A stretch of DNA of 64,000 nt, taken from Narcine bancroftii (taxonomy: Eukaryota). The position numbers and the translations under genes are program-made. Below, one piece after another: positions 1-11,188 of the stretch. Location: contig NC_091473.1 in NCBI RefSeq assembly GCF_036971445.1, positions 205,778,001 through 205,842,000 on the forward strand, given 5' to 3'. Each line of letters opens with the position of its first letter. The first letter of the stretch is position 1. The notes below the pieces were generated by a model, which worked only from the letters and a program-made list of their open reading frames with translations, made no database searches and was not told the DNA's origin.

Positions 1-2916
1 AGTATCCATGATTGAGAGTCTGTTAATAAAATTGATATGGACCAGACAAGTGTTATACTAATAGTGGGCTTTTATTAACAGACTATTACCTCTACTAAAC
101 TGGCCAGTGGGAAAACAATTATTTTTTTCTGGGGTGATGGGACGAGGCTTGCCGGTTGAAATGTCACAAAGGAGGGTCTGGTCATCGGGGCCGATGTGGA
201 CATCCACCAGCTTGAGTCCTGTTACTGCCATACTGTATGCAGGAACGTCAAGGACCCTGTGTTGGGCCTGGGACAGGGCTGTGTAATTGATCCCTTGGGA
301 CAGAGTCTGTATTGCCTGCACCTTTTTTCACTTGACCTCTTTTTGGTTTTCCTGCCATCAGCGAGAATAATGGATGCATGATGCAGGCTGCTGCCAGTAT
401 GAAGCAGTGATAGAAATTAATCATACCAGCAAACTCCTGGAAGCCTTTCACTGTATGTAGCTTGGAGAAATGCCCAATGGCCTTTAACTATTTGGGCAGA
501 AGTGTTGCACCGTGTCTATTAATTCTGTGACCCAGGAAGTCTATTGTCTCTTGCCAAAACTGGCATTTAGCCAGGTTGATGGTCAGGCCAAACTCTCTGA
601 GGCAGGTGCATACCTGTTTTATGTGGGGTGCGAGTTCTTGGTGATTGTGGCTGTCTATCAGAATATCATCCAAGTAAATGAATGCAAACTTGATATCCTT
701 GTGTGTTCCCCCTCACCCCCCGCGTCCTTCAAACTCTTGAACATTTGAGCTGCATTTTTAAGCCTGAAAGGCATCCTAAGGAACTGAAACAAACTGAAGG
801 GAGTGATGATGGTGGGTTTAGCAATGTCCTCTAGGCTGACTGAGATTTGTTGATTGCCCCTGATGAGGTCGACCTTTGGAGAATATCCATGCCCCCTGTA
901 TGTTTGCAGTAAAATCCTGTATGTGGAGAATAGGAAACCTGTATGGCATGGTGAGTCAGCAATAGTCCGCACATGGCCTCCATCCTCCTGCCATCTTCTG
1001 TACCATGTACAGGCGGGATGCCCAGGGTCTTCCAGAGCTTCTCCTTTTCAAGGTTAAATTTATCAGGATGGGGAGGGGAAGAGGTATGTGGGGGAGGGGG
1101 ACTTGGTATGGATGTGGTGCTGTACCCTATGTTTTGGTTCTGTTGAGGTAAACTGTTGCACCACAATTCAAGGGAATTCTGCCAGGATGTGTGCAAACTC
1201 ATTCTAGTTGGCGGTGACGAAATGTAGGTGGGGGTGGGGGATGCAGGTAGCTTTGAAAGTCTTGTCATGCACTAACCTCACCCTTTGTGGTCCAACGACA
1301 TTGAGCCCTGAGAAAGCCTGGCCCCAGGAATGGTTGTTGCACTGCTGCCAGCATGAATACCCATATGAAACACCTGCTCCCAAAGCGAAGTGGAATGAGG
1401 TGGGTTCCGAAGTTTCCTGTTGTATTGAGATTCATTTGGGGGTCAGATGTAAATGAGTCCATACACAGGGAATGGATAACTAAAGGGGTTATTAACATGG
1501 AGAGGAGCAGACTGGCTTGCCCAGCAACACAGCGGCAGATCAGGAGCAATTAAGAGCTCAAAGTAGTTAGCAATGTACAAGCAGTTGGAACCTAAACACA
1601 GCAGCAGAATGCAATAATAAGTAGTTGTAGGAGAAAAGTGGGGGGGGGGGGCTGTGTCTATAGAGATACCCTGGTTAATTTAATGGGTTGCGAGTCCCTT
1701 ACCTATGACCACATGGTAAATCGAAAGTAAAACTGAGAGTAAAAAGACCCTGCTCAGCAGAGGTTGTGAGGTAGAGGGCTAGACAATGGGACTGCGTGCT
1801 CTGGCTGGTGGGCTCACAACTGATTGGCAGGCTAGAGAGGCTGTGCAGTGCCTGGATGTTGATGGACAGTTGGATGTGGCTTCAGACAATGTTTCACGTA
1901 GGAAATGGTTACTGTCTATTTAGCAGTTAATATGTTAACATTGTTTATGACCCTCAGGGCTGGGCTTGGTTTGCAGTTGCAGGTGTCATGAGCTGAGGGT
2001 GGCAGGACACTGATCTCGGGCCTGGTGTCGACTAGGAACCGTTGCCCTGATAGGGAGTCCCACATGTGGAGAAGGCTGTCTCGTTGGCCGGTTGCCACAG
2101 CTATTAGTGATGGTCGGCTGTGGTGCTTCCCTGAAGCGCGCAGGGAGGGCAGTATCAACGGACCTCCAAACCCCACGAGGGGGTGGGGGGGGGTTTCCAT
2201 TGGCTTGCTGGTATGCTGTGGTGATCTGCACACTAGATATTGCGACTTGGTCTTTGGTCTACCAGATGCTGGAGTTTCTCTTCACTCCCCAGCTTGTGGC
2301 CAACATGACATTCATGAGAGTGAAAGGGACCATGACCCCAACCAAAACTATCTACGTATAACAGTCAGGCTGCACACTCATGTTTCGAGATCCTGAAAGT
2401 ACTCGTTGATGGCCAAATATTTGTCCTGATGTAGAAGCTGCCGGAGGAAATCAACGATCCTGCTGGAGCAAGCTGACCACGTAGCAATATATCTCGTGGC
2501 ATCGACTGTGATCTGTCAAATCTGGAACTGGGCCTTGTCCTGCTCAAACAATACCAGCGGCTGTGAAGTCCAGAATCCCAGCAGTTTCAGGGAAACTGTG
2601 TGGGGTGTTGCTTGTTGCTCTGTCGTCCAGTCCAAAGTGGGTCACCAATGTTGCGGGTGATGGGCGTGAAAGCAAGACACCAACAGGAAGTGAGCACAGT
2701 CCGTACTGATTTATTGACGGTTTGCCTTGCCTTATATAGACTCGGTGAGCAGAGTAGCCCAGCCGTTTCCGGCGGCCGCCGATAGGCCGGTGTTCCCGCT
2801 GGTGCTAGTTGTTTCCCACCGTGCGGCCTGCAGCCCGAGAAGAAAGGCCATTTACTCGGCATGGCCCCTGCAGGATGGCCGCGTTCGGCCTCAATCTTGT
2901 GTGCCGGGACGCCACA
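1..2916 (-). mobile_element. Degenerate Ty3/Gypsy LTR retrotransposon (5' LTR, gag, protease and RT/RNase H remnants; runs off the window start)
   Basis: Minus-strand ORF fragments: GQRFLVDTRPEISVLP (protease), KVDLIRG..QI, LRMPFRLKNAAQMF and MDDILIDS (RT), FAGMINFYHCFI. PBS-like TGGTGACCC lies next to the LTR at ~2639-2647. Confidence 0.85.
2649..2916 (-). repeat. 5' LTR of the Gypsy element
   Basis: On the minus strand it starts TGTGGCG and ends CA, with TATATAAG (~2730-2737) and AATAAA (~2710-2715). The PBS follows it and a V relic abuts its outer end. Confidence 0.65.
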
Positions 2917-3100
2917 ACCGCACATTTTTGGTACATTCAAAATCCCTATTTGATGAAATTTCCAGCTCAGCAGGTGCAGTTCCCAGACAGAATGACGAGA
3001 TCCTTGGAGAAGAATATTCTAACAATATCTCCGAAGCGCATGCAGCATTTATCTGCGCGCAGTGCTGTTTACACCGGAGACGCAAAAAAGTTGATTCTGG
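2917..3100 (+). pseudogene. TCR V relic (FR2-FR3), cut at its 5' side by the Gypsy insertion
   Basis: AHFWYIQ..YLMK..FPDRMTRSLEK, followed by a decayed RSS tail GGAGACGCAAAAAAGTTGATTCTG like that of family-B V segments. Confidence 0.6.
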
Positions 3101-3817
3101 TAGTTTGCAATGGTCCGCTATCACTAGAGGAACTGCCAGCCCATTCTATGGAATTGAAGCGGCAGCGAGATCTGCCTGGACAGGGTCTCCTCACACTACA
3201 GTGTGAGGACACTACAGTGTCCACTGTCCTTTCTCATAGTTATTCTGAGAAAAGAGTTTGACGTGGTGGAAGTTCTGAGGTGGAGGAGAAAGGAGACCGA
3301 GTGATGCAAATTTGGTGGATTTTATGTTGTGGGAGAGAAAAAGAGAGGGGAATATGTTGGTGAAAGGGATGGAGGGAGAGGGTTGGAGAAATAGGCGGGG
3401 AATCAGACGGGACAGATGAGAGAGAGCGGGAAAACGAACGAGACAGAGATAGAGAACGCGAAATTGGGAGGGAGAGAGATGGGAAGTGGTTTGCGAAATG
3501 TTAAGCAGGTGAACGCATGAGAGAGGGTGAGGTCGAGAAATAGAAAGAAAGAAGGGAAGGCAGGGTGGACTGAGTGTAAGCGAGGGAGGAGACACAAAGA
3601 GAGAAGGAGAAAGGCGAATAGTGTACAGATAGAGGGAGAAACACGTGAAAGACGGCGAACAAGATGCAGACGGTCTTAACAACTCGGTCTAATTGGTTCA
3701 CTCATGGCCACACAAACCAGTCCTGTGTGAGGAAAGCATTCTCATATCGGTCCCAAGCGTTGGTGCGCTCATCAAATCGACCCTCTCCTTGCATAGCGTT
3801 TGACTAACCCGCATACC

Positions 3818-4572
3818 ATGTGCCTCCTGCGTTGTTTGTTGATTCAATGGTGCGGTTTGATTGGTGAGTCAGTCTGATGGTCATCCACTTCTGCCCATTA
3901 TCCTTGCCCTACGTGTCTCCCATTAATGTTCGACGATTCCCCAGACTCGCACACCTTCAGACTCCCTCCGTTTACTCATTTACACTTCCACCCTGTACTT
4001 ATTGATCTTCCTCGCATGTACTCTCTCTCCTCGCCGCTCTCGTGCGAAGGAACAACCCATGTCCCCAAGAGAGGTTCTTCTGCTTCCGACATGACCTTGC
4101 GTTTTTCTATTCGGCGAGCTTTTGGAAACTATCGATCCTACGAATTGAGGCCGGGCATCATGTTCATCTTGATTCTTGGGGCCGTTCTGCCTGCTGAGAC
4201 TGACTGGTCAACACTTACCGCGCGGGTTCAGCGCCGACCAGCGTTGTTCACGCATCCTGCTTCGTTCCAGGGTTGAGTGGGAAAGATTCAGTGACCCAAA
4301 GGCTGCCGCAACTGGTATTCGATGAAGGGCAGATCGTACCATTGAGCTGCAGTTCCTCGAAGAGGCTGAAGGCATATATTTGGTACATACTGGAGAATCT
4401 CCCAAATATTTGATGAAAATCTACACGTCAGGAGATTATCCGGAGAGGATTATAGGGTACATTGGAGAAGAGCCAGAAATTCCACCTCAACATCTCTAAA
4501 AGCCTTGTGGAGGACTCCGCCGTGTATCTCTGCGCCGTGAGACACACACTGTTCCAGATCCGCATAAAAATC
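3818..4572 (+). pseudogene. TRAV/TRDV-like V pseudogene (family A): distal leader 3818-3863, broken proximal leader from 4160, V exon ~4271-4544, RSS 4545-4572
   Basis: TTCCAG acceptor; SVTQ..EGQIVPLSCS..AYIWYI; frameshifts; FHLNISKSLVEDSAVYLCAVR; heptamer CACACTG. Confidence 0.85.
4545..4572 (+). promoter_or_regulatory. RSS with a 12-bp spacer (CACACTG-TTCCAGATCCGC-ATAAAAATC)
   Basis: Counted directly from the sequence; paralogous RSSs have 23-bp spacers. Confidence 0.65.
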
Positions 4573-4706
4573 GTACATAACCAATTCAATCGGACGCTGT
4601 GAGTATGAGCGCCCCGGCCATGGAATGGAAGGGACATCGCGGCATTCCTGGAGGGTCTGCTGCAACGCGGAGTTGCTGAGATCTGCCCTCATTTGAGCAT
4701 TTCTTC

Positions 4707-4708
<2 letters not shown>

Positions 4709-4782
<74 letters not shown>
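4709..4782. repeat. (CT)n microsatellite
   Basis: Perfect dinucleotide run. Confidence 0.95.
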
Positions 4783-4784
<2 letters not shown>

Positions 4785-5225
4785 GTGCTCTGTGTCTGGG
4801 GTGTAAGGTTGGACGTCACGAAGAAATAGAAAGCTGTTTGCCGGAATATTGTACTTAAACGAAGGAGTGTTTGTCAGATAGAAGGGAGGGAGAGGTTATC
4901 ACTACTTTCGAAAGTTTAAATAAGTGTAAGAGGGAGTCGCGTCGAAACAAAACGGGAGAAGCGACGAGGAGACCCAGGAAAACAAAAGAAGGTGATGGGA
5001 AGGCATTAGCGAGAGTGAAGAAGATGAAGACGTGGGGAGTGTAAATGTAGATGAAGAAACAAGAGCGAAAAAGACTGAGAATGAGAACAGCCAACATTAA
5101 TAACCAGATTTCATTGCTCCAGGAATGGAGTCCTCTTGAGCCGATGTACGAGGAGGGCGCCCTCTTATGTGTTCAAGAGGATAGGCCGCTACCAAAGCGA
5201 TCCCACAGTCTTATATCAGGCTGAA

Positions 5226-5692
5226 ATGTTGAAATATTCGCTGCTTATCTTCATCCTGGCTCCCTCCTCATTTAGTTGTATGCTGATTCTGCGGGCCGTT
5301 CAACGACTGATTGGTCAGCGCGTGTCCCTCCCGTCTCAGCCCAATTCTTCGCATATCCTGCACTGCGTGCTTCGTTTCAGAAGCAATTGGGGAAATGTAT
5401 GATTGACAGATGGACATGGCTGCGGGAAGGCAAACAATGGCACCCGGCTAGTGTTACCTTATATTTTGGGCCGTTAAAATTCCCTTGAAATCTTAAATAA
5501 ATGCTTAAAAATAACACCTATGGCGATGAGGTTCCCTTTCACGATTATCCAGACAGGATGACGGTTACTTTGGAGAAAAGGGCCTGGATATTCCACCTCA
5601 ATATTTTTAAGCTCTTGAAGTGGCATTGGCCGTGTATCTTGGGCGACGCGGCTCACACTGTTCTTTGGAAATTGCGGAGACGCACAAAAGCT
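5226..5692 (+). pseudogene. V pseudogene (family B) with 23-RSS at 5654-5692
   Basis: Leader-like MLKYSLLIFILA; DRMTVTLEKRAWIFHLNI; CACACTG-23 bp-ACAAAAGCT. Confidence 0.75.
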
Positions 5693-6309
5693 GAATCTGA
5701 AATCGGATATGGCGGAAGCAAAACGGGAGAAAGACGACGGGAGACGTTAGGGATTGTGTAAAATTGAACAGGCGAAAATGTTAGATAGAATGATCTAGAG
5801 GAATAGAAAGGGAGACAGGAGATAAAAAGAGAGAAGACGGGGAGAGTGCACAGGTAGAGGGGGAAACCTTGCTGAAAGAAGGGGAATGCAATGCAGACTG
5901 TCTTCACAACGCGATCTGACTGATTAACGAATGACCACAACCAATCCTGTGTGAAGGAAACTCATCTATATCTGCCCCAGGTGTGAATCGCTCATAACAT
6001 CGCCCCTCCACCTGTACAGCGGTAACACAAGGAAATCTTCACTTCTGATCTTTAATCCACAGACCATGTTCTTCCAGAAGCGTTTGGTGATTCTTTGGGA
6101 CATTCTGACTGATGAGTCTGTCTGACTGGTCATCAACCTCTGCTCATTGCCCTTTATGTACGAATCTCTACCTTTACCTTCATTAAAGACAGACGATTTC
6201 CCCAAATATTCTGCTTTCCCTTACAGGTTCTCCCTCTGCTTGCTCATTTACACACTCTCTGCATTGACTGAACTTCCTCACGTTTTCACAGTCGCGCGCT
6301 CGCTCTGTC

Positions 6310-7360
6310 CTCGAAAACCAAGGTTCCCTCTGGTGACTTTCATCCTGACAGGAACATGCAAACACTGCACTCTCAAAATGTCGCCTTTGTAGGCCTTCCA
6401 CTGACTGTACACATATTTGCCATTAAACAGATTATTCCAGTCCACTCTTCCTAGATCCTTTCTCATTTCCATAAATTGGCCTCTCACCATTTTATAATAT
6501 TAACTCGCGGGCTAGACCTATCCATATCCATAATTAAATTGAAAATAATGACATTATGGTCACTCGACCCAAATGTTCGGCTACACCTGACCTGTCTGGT
6601 TCCCTTACATGAGATCAAGTATTGCATCAGCTCTCGGTAGCATCTATATATATTGATTAAGAAATCTTTCCTGAACAGATTTGATGAACGTTAAGCTACC
6701 CAGCCGTTTTATCACTTGGGGGTCCAGTCAATATATGGAAAATTAAAATCACCTACTATCCCAACTTTCTCTTTCTGACATCGGTCTGCTTACACTTCAC
6801 AGATATGCACCTTCAATTCTCTCGGACATTGTATGGTCTATAATACAAGCCCTTCAGTGTGGCCGCTCCTTATCCATTGCTGACCTCCATCCATATGGCC
6901 TCTGTAGACGAGCCTTCTCTGCTATCCTGTCTAAGCACTGCTGTGATAGTTTCCCTGACTAGCAATCTTACTCCCCCCCCCTTATGTCTGAAAGAGAGAA
7001 TCATGGAGGTCCTGCTGCACCTGCAACCACCTCTCAATAAAGGCGTAATTCCACGTGCCAATCCACGCCTTAAAACCGCCCGACCTTGTGGCAATACTCG
7101 TTGCATTGAAATAAATACACCTCAGAACATTTCTATCGTGTGCAAACATTTGATTTCTGTTTATACATGCAGTCCTCACATGACATCTATCCACCTCCAC
7201 CTCACTATCAGCTCTCACACTCTGGATTACCTCCCCCAACAAATCAAATTTAACCCACCGGAACAGCATCAGCAAACCTGCCCGCAAGGATATAGGTCCC
7301 CTTCCAGTTCGGATACAAATCCCCTGTCGGAACAGGTCCCACCTTCCCCGGAAGAGTGCC
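6310..7360 (-). mobile_element. CR1-type LINE fragment (endonuclease region), multiply deleted
   Basis: LRCIYFNATSIA..AWIGTWNY; GGGVRLLVRETITAVLRQD..STEAIWMEV; MRKDLGRVDWNNLF. Confidence 0.8.
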
Positions 7361-7389
7361 GAATGATATATCTATCGAGAGAGATTAAC

Positions 7390-7815
7390 GAAATATTCGA
7401 CAGTTCAGCTTCATCTTGGATTCCTCTTCATTCCGATGCTTGCTGATTCTACGGGCCGTTGTGCTTGGGGACTCTATGCCTGATGGGTCAGCTCGTGTCC
7501 CTCCCGCATCAATGCAATTCCTCACATTGTTCCGTTCCAGACACAAACGTGGGAATCCAGTGACCCACGGACCTGGAACAGAAGTGTCGCCGAGCTTTAG
7601 TTACCCGACAAGGGCTCCTGTATTTTTTTTGAAACATTGAAATTCTCCTGGAATCTTGGATATATTTGTTGAAAATCCACAGCTTAGGAGTAGACGATCT
7701 GTCGCACGATTGGATAGATAGGATGAAGGGAGATCCTGAAGCGGACTTGGCCGTTTATCTCTGTTCGGTGCGGTTCTCACCCTTGCTGGGAAATTGCGGA
7801 GGTACACATAATTTC
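7390..7815 (+). pseudogene. Highly decayed family-B-related V relic
   Basis: EADLAVYLCSVR motif and a degenerate RSS; paralogous to ~18120-18300 and ~27560-28045. Confidence 0.55.
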
Positions 7816-8230
7816 ATTCTGAGATGGGATGTGGTTAGAGAGAAAAGGGGAGAAGTAAGACGATAGAGCGTGTTGAGGATTGAGAAAAGTTAAGCAGGTG
7901 AAAGAGTGAGGCAGAGTGAGGAGGAACCGTAAAATGAATGAAGGGGTGAGACGGAGGAGTGAGGGAAAGCGAGGGAGGAGATACAAAGAGGGCAGGAGCA
8001 AGACGCGGGAAGTGGACAGAGAGGGAGAAACTGAGCGAAGGACGGGGAACGAGATGGGGATTGTCTTATCAACTCAGTCTAGTTGGTTCAATCATGGCCA
8101 GACGAACTAATCCTGTGAGAGGGAAACACTCTCATATCTGGCCCAGGCGTAATTTCGCTGATAACATCGCCCCACACTTGTACAGCGGTAACACAGGGAA
8201 ATCTTCGCTTTTGACCTTAATCCGTATACC

Positions 8231-8276
8231 ATGTCCCTCCTGAGTTGTTTGCTGATTCTGTGGGCCTTTCCGACTG
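8231..8276 (+). other. Distal V leader exon (MSLLSCLLILWAFPT/G), now separated from its V exon by the ERV
   Basis: ACC-ATG, 46-nt open hydrophobic exon, phase-1 G|GTGAGA donor. Confidence 0.7.
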
Positions 8277-8605
8277 GTGAGACTGTCTGATTGGTCATTG
8301 ACGTCTAATCATCATCTTTTCTCTATGTTTCTCCAACTTTAACCTAAAGAAAGTTGACAATTCCCCAAAATGTTACCGTCTCCCTCTACGTTCTCGCTCT
8401 GCTTGCTCATTTACATAGCCTGTGTTTATTAAACCTCCTCACGGTTCGTCTGTTTCTCTTCTCTCTCCGTCTCTCGCTCTTGGCTGTTTTCTGGCTTGGG
8501 AAACGGCGACTCAAACAGAGTTTCTGTTGCGTCCGACGTGGGATCGCGCTCTTATATGGTGGAGCATTTGTAAAATATCCTTGCTCCGAAATGAGTCTGT
8601 GCATC

Positions 8606-9367
8606 TGTAATGGAGGATTAAAACCATGTACTCAGATGCTTTTTGCTTATGTGGAACTGACGACACTGGGTCCACACGCAGGTCACCTTACTTTCAGAAC
8701 TAGCAGATGTAATTAAACTCAGCCATGGGGACTTATCTGAAGATACACTTTGAAATGGAATTCCACCGTGAGGCCCAGGGAAAGCAGTTGTCAAATACGA
8801 CACTCTGAAATTGACGTATTGGTCACAACCTGTCTTGCTCAAGAAGTTTTAATGAGTCCTTGTATCTACGAGATAAACCAGGATATCATAGCATCCTGCT
8901 CCATAATAATTAATCTTCTAAATTGTAGAATAGTATGCTCAGCTTTGATTTTGACTGACAAATGTTAGAGGGAGTAAATTGTTTTTGGGGTATAAAAGTC
9001 TGTGGTCCTGCTGCTGAAGTTTAGACTCTCCGAGGGGTGGGAACACCCCTTGTCAAGAAGGAAGAACAGCCAGAGTCCGAGCAACGTCCCGGTCGGGGGA
9101 GGTGGAGAAGCTGCTACCAGCGCCCTGACAACCTACTACAAGTGTGCAGTTGTTGCCTCGCTTCGGCAGTTGGGACCAGTCCAAGCGTTGATAAGTATAG
9201 TTGGGAAGGGCTTGCATATTGTAGTGTGAAATCAGCTTTTGAATTAGTAATAAACATTTGTATAAACTGAACTGCTCTCGGTGTGTATGTCTATTTTCTT
9301 TCGGTAGCTAAAACACTGTGACCAATCTAAAATGAACAAAATGAGAGGTATAAGTTTACCCAAGACA
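8606..9367 (+). repeat. ERV 5' LTR (762 bp)
   Basis: TGTAATGGAGG...CCCAAGACA; TATAAAA at ~8991; AATAAA at ~9249; nearly identical to the 3' LTR. Confidence 0.95.
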
Positions 9368-9369
9368 AT

Positions 9370-9387
9370 TGGCGCTGCGAGCAGGGT
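9370..9387 (+). promoter_or_regulatory. Primer binding site, tRNA-Ser type (TGGCGCTGCGAGCAGGGT)
   Basis: Two nt after the LTR; close to the complement of the 3' end of vertebrate tRNA-Ser(TGA/CGA), recalled from memory. Confidence 0.75.
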
Positions 9388-9397
9388 TGGTCTCAAG

Positions 9398-11188
9398 ATG
9401 TTTCGCCGAAAGAAAGAGGTGAGCCCTGAGCAGTTTTTGATTCCGGGATGGACTTCCAAAGATGATGGGTTTGGCATGCTGGCTAATACCCTGTCTTTGT
9501 TGGGACCACCCATCAGTTGGGATGAAAGGTTAGAACCCTTAAGTGTGCCTCTGGGAGAGCGGGTTGCCACTCTCCTCCGAGAAAGTAAATTTCCAAAAAA
9601 ACGGGGGACGCTGACAGACGGTTTTTGGCTGCTGGCCACAGCCTTACGCCACTCCGTTCAGCGTGAAGTTGAATTAGTTCAGCAGCAGGTAAAGTCTGAA
9701 CATAAGAGAAAACAACTAGAGGAGGAAGTAGAGACTCTGCGACAGCGCTGCTCGATGATGAGCGAAATTGTTAGCACCAGTCAGGATCGTGCCAAAGAAT
9801 GGGAGGATAAGCATGTTCAAACAATTTTCCGTAATATTAAACTCCGGCAACAGCTCTGTGCGAATAAGGAAAAGCAAGGGGTAGAACCTGATCCACACCG
9901 TATTCGTGCCATGATAAGGAATGGCAATGATCCTGATGTAATTGATGATTGGGACGGGAATATCTGGTATGATGATAATGGTAATAATGCAGATACCCCC
10001 CGGCATGTGCCTGGCATACTCCCCTCTCCCTCCGCTGTTCAAGCCCGCCCCGTAAGGCAGCGGACTGTCCAAGCAGATGAAGGCGAGAGGGGGGATGATG
10101 TAAGTGCAGAAACTGAAGGGACCGGTGCTCCGATCTCCCAAGCGGACCCAGGGGAAGGCTCCCAAACCCCTGCTTATGCTAGGTGGGCTCCCCCCTCAAC
10201 GGGATGGTCTCAGCAGCCTCCCATGTGCCAGAGTGGTAACAGGGGTCGGGAGCAGTCAACAACAATACGTGACTTTATAAAAGAGCTGGCCGCCATTGGA
10301 GATCGTTTTAGGCAAAAGACAGGAGAAACTTTGGCGGCCTGGCTTCTGCGGGTTTGGGAGCAAGGGGGAGGTAGCATATATCTGACCCCTGAGGAATTGT
10401 TGGGGTTAGGATCATTAACTACTGATATTCGAGTCACTGCTGAATTACGTGGCAGAAGGAGAGATGTAGACTATTTACTTGCTACTCTAGGAGAAGCCCT
10501 GTTACGGGTGTATCCGTCACCAGTAGATTGGGATCTGCATTTGCAGAACCATTGGGGCACACCAGAGGAGGGTATAGCAGTGATTCGCCAACAGGCCGTG
10601 GCCTCTGCTTTGTATGCGGGGCGCCTGAGGCTGTGGATGCATGGGGGGAGCCCTGATGAAGAATTATTCACAGCTGGAATGCATACCCGATTGGTTCGTT
10701 CAGCCCAACCTACTATACGGGGACTGGTCCTGTCTGTAACTAGTCCGCTAATTGGGCACCTCGTATCTGAGGCGGTGCACGCCCTATCTGGACTCCAAGA
10801 ACTGGAGTTGGGAGGTAAAATCCACTCACGTACAACCCAGGTTAAAGCAGACAGACAGGATGAAAGGAGAGGGGCTGCTGATAATAATGGACTGACCAGA
10901 AAAGAGCTTTTTCTAACTTTGTTAAAGTTAGGCGTACCTAAAAGTGATATTGATGGGAAACCTACTGCAGTCTTGTATGCCCTTTATAAGAGGAAGGCAG
11001 GGGAACATCATCCCCAGATGCTGGGTCCTCCCGGCCCAGCTGTGCCTTCTGCTCCCACTGCTGCTTCTATCGAGTCAGCTTCTCCTGCCCCAGTTACCCG
11101 TGATGAGGTAAAACAATGGGTTAAACAGGCTCTTAAGGATAACAATAGCATGTGGTCCTGGAAACCCCCGAACCCTTCTGAAGCCTGA
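9398..11188 (+). CDS. gag: ERV Gag polyprotein (ERV-L/Fv1-like, no zinc knuckle)
   Basis: Open ORF; the track start at 9332 lies in U5 and the first ATG after the PBS is 9398. ERV-L-type motifs LAAWLLRVWEQGG and LTRKELFLTLLKLGVPKSDIDGKPTAVLYALYK. Confidence 0.9.
   Translation: MFRRKKEVSPEQFLIPGWTSKDDGFGMLANTLSLLGPPISWDERLEPLSVPLGERVATLLRESKFPKKRGTLTDGFWLLATALRHSVQREVELVQQQVKSEHKRKQLEEEVETLRQRCSMMSEIVSTSQDRAKEWEDKHVQTIFRNIKLRQQLCANKEKQGVEPDPHRIRAMIRNGNDPDVIDDWDGNIWYDDNGNNADTPRHVPGILPSPSAVQARPVRQRTVQADEGERGDDVSAETEGTGAPISQADPGEGSQTPAYARWAPPSTGWSQQPPMCQSGNRGREQSTTIRDFIKELAAIGDRFRQKTGETLAAWLLRVWEQGGGSIYLTPEELLGLGSLTTDIRVTAELRGRRRDVDYLLATLGEALLRVYPSPVDWDLHLQNHWGTPEEGIAVIRQQAVASALYAGRLRLWMHGGSPDEELFTAGMHTRLVRSAQPTIRGLVLSVTSPLIGHLVSEAVHALSGLQELELGGKIHSRTTQVKADRQDERRGAADNNGLTRKELFLTLLKLGVPKSDIDGKPTAVLYALYKRKAGEHHPQMLGPPGPAVPSAPTAASIESASPAPVTRDEVKQWVKQALKDNNSMWSWKPPNPSEA

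Noticed and set aside
9332-9397. Gag start at 9332 as given by the ORF track
   Set aside because: It lies in U5 upstream of the PBS; the ATG at 9398 is the more plausible start.
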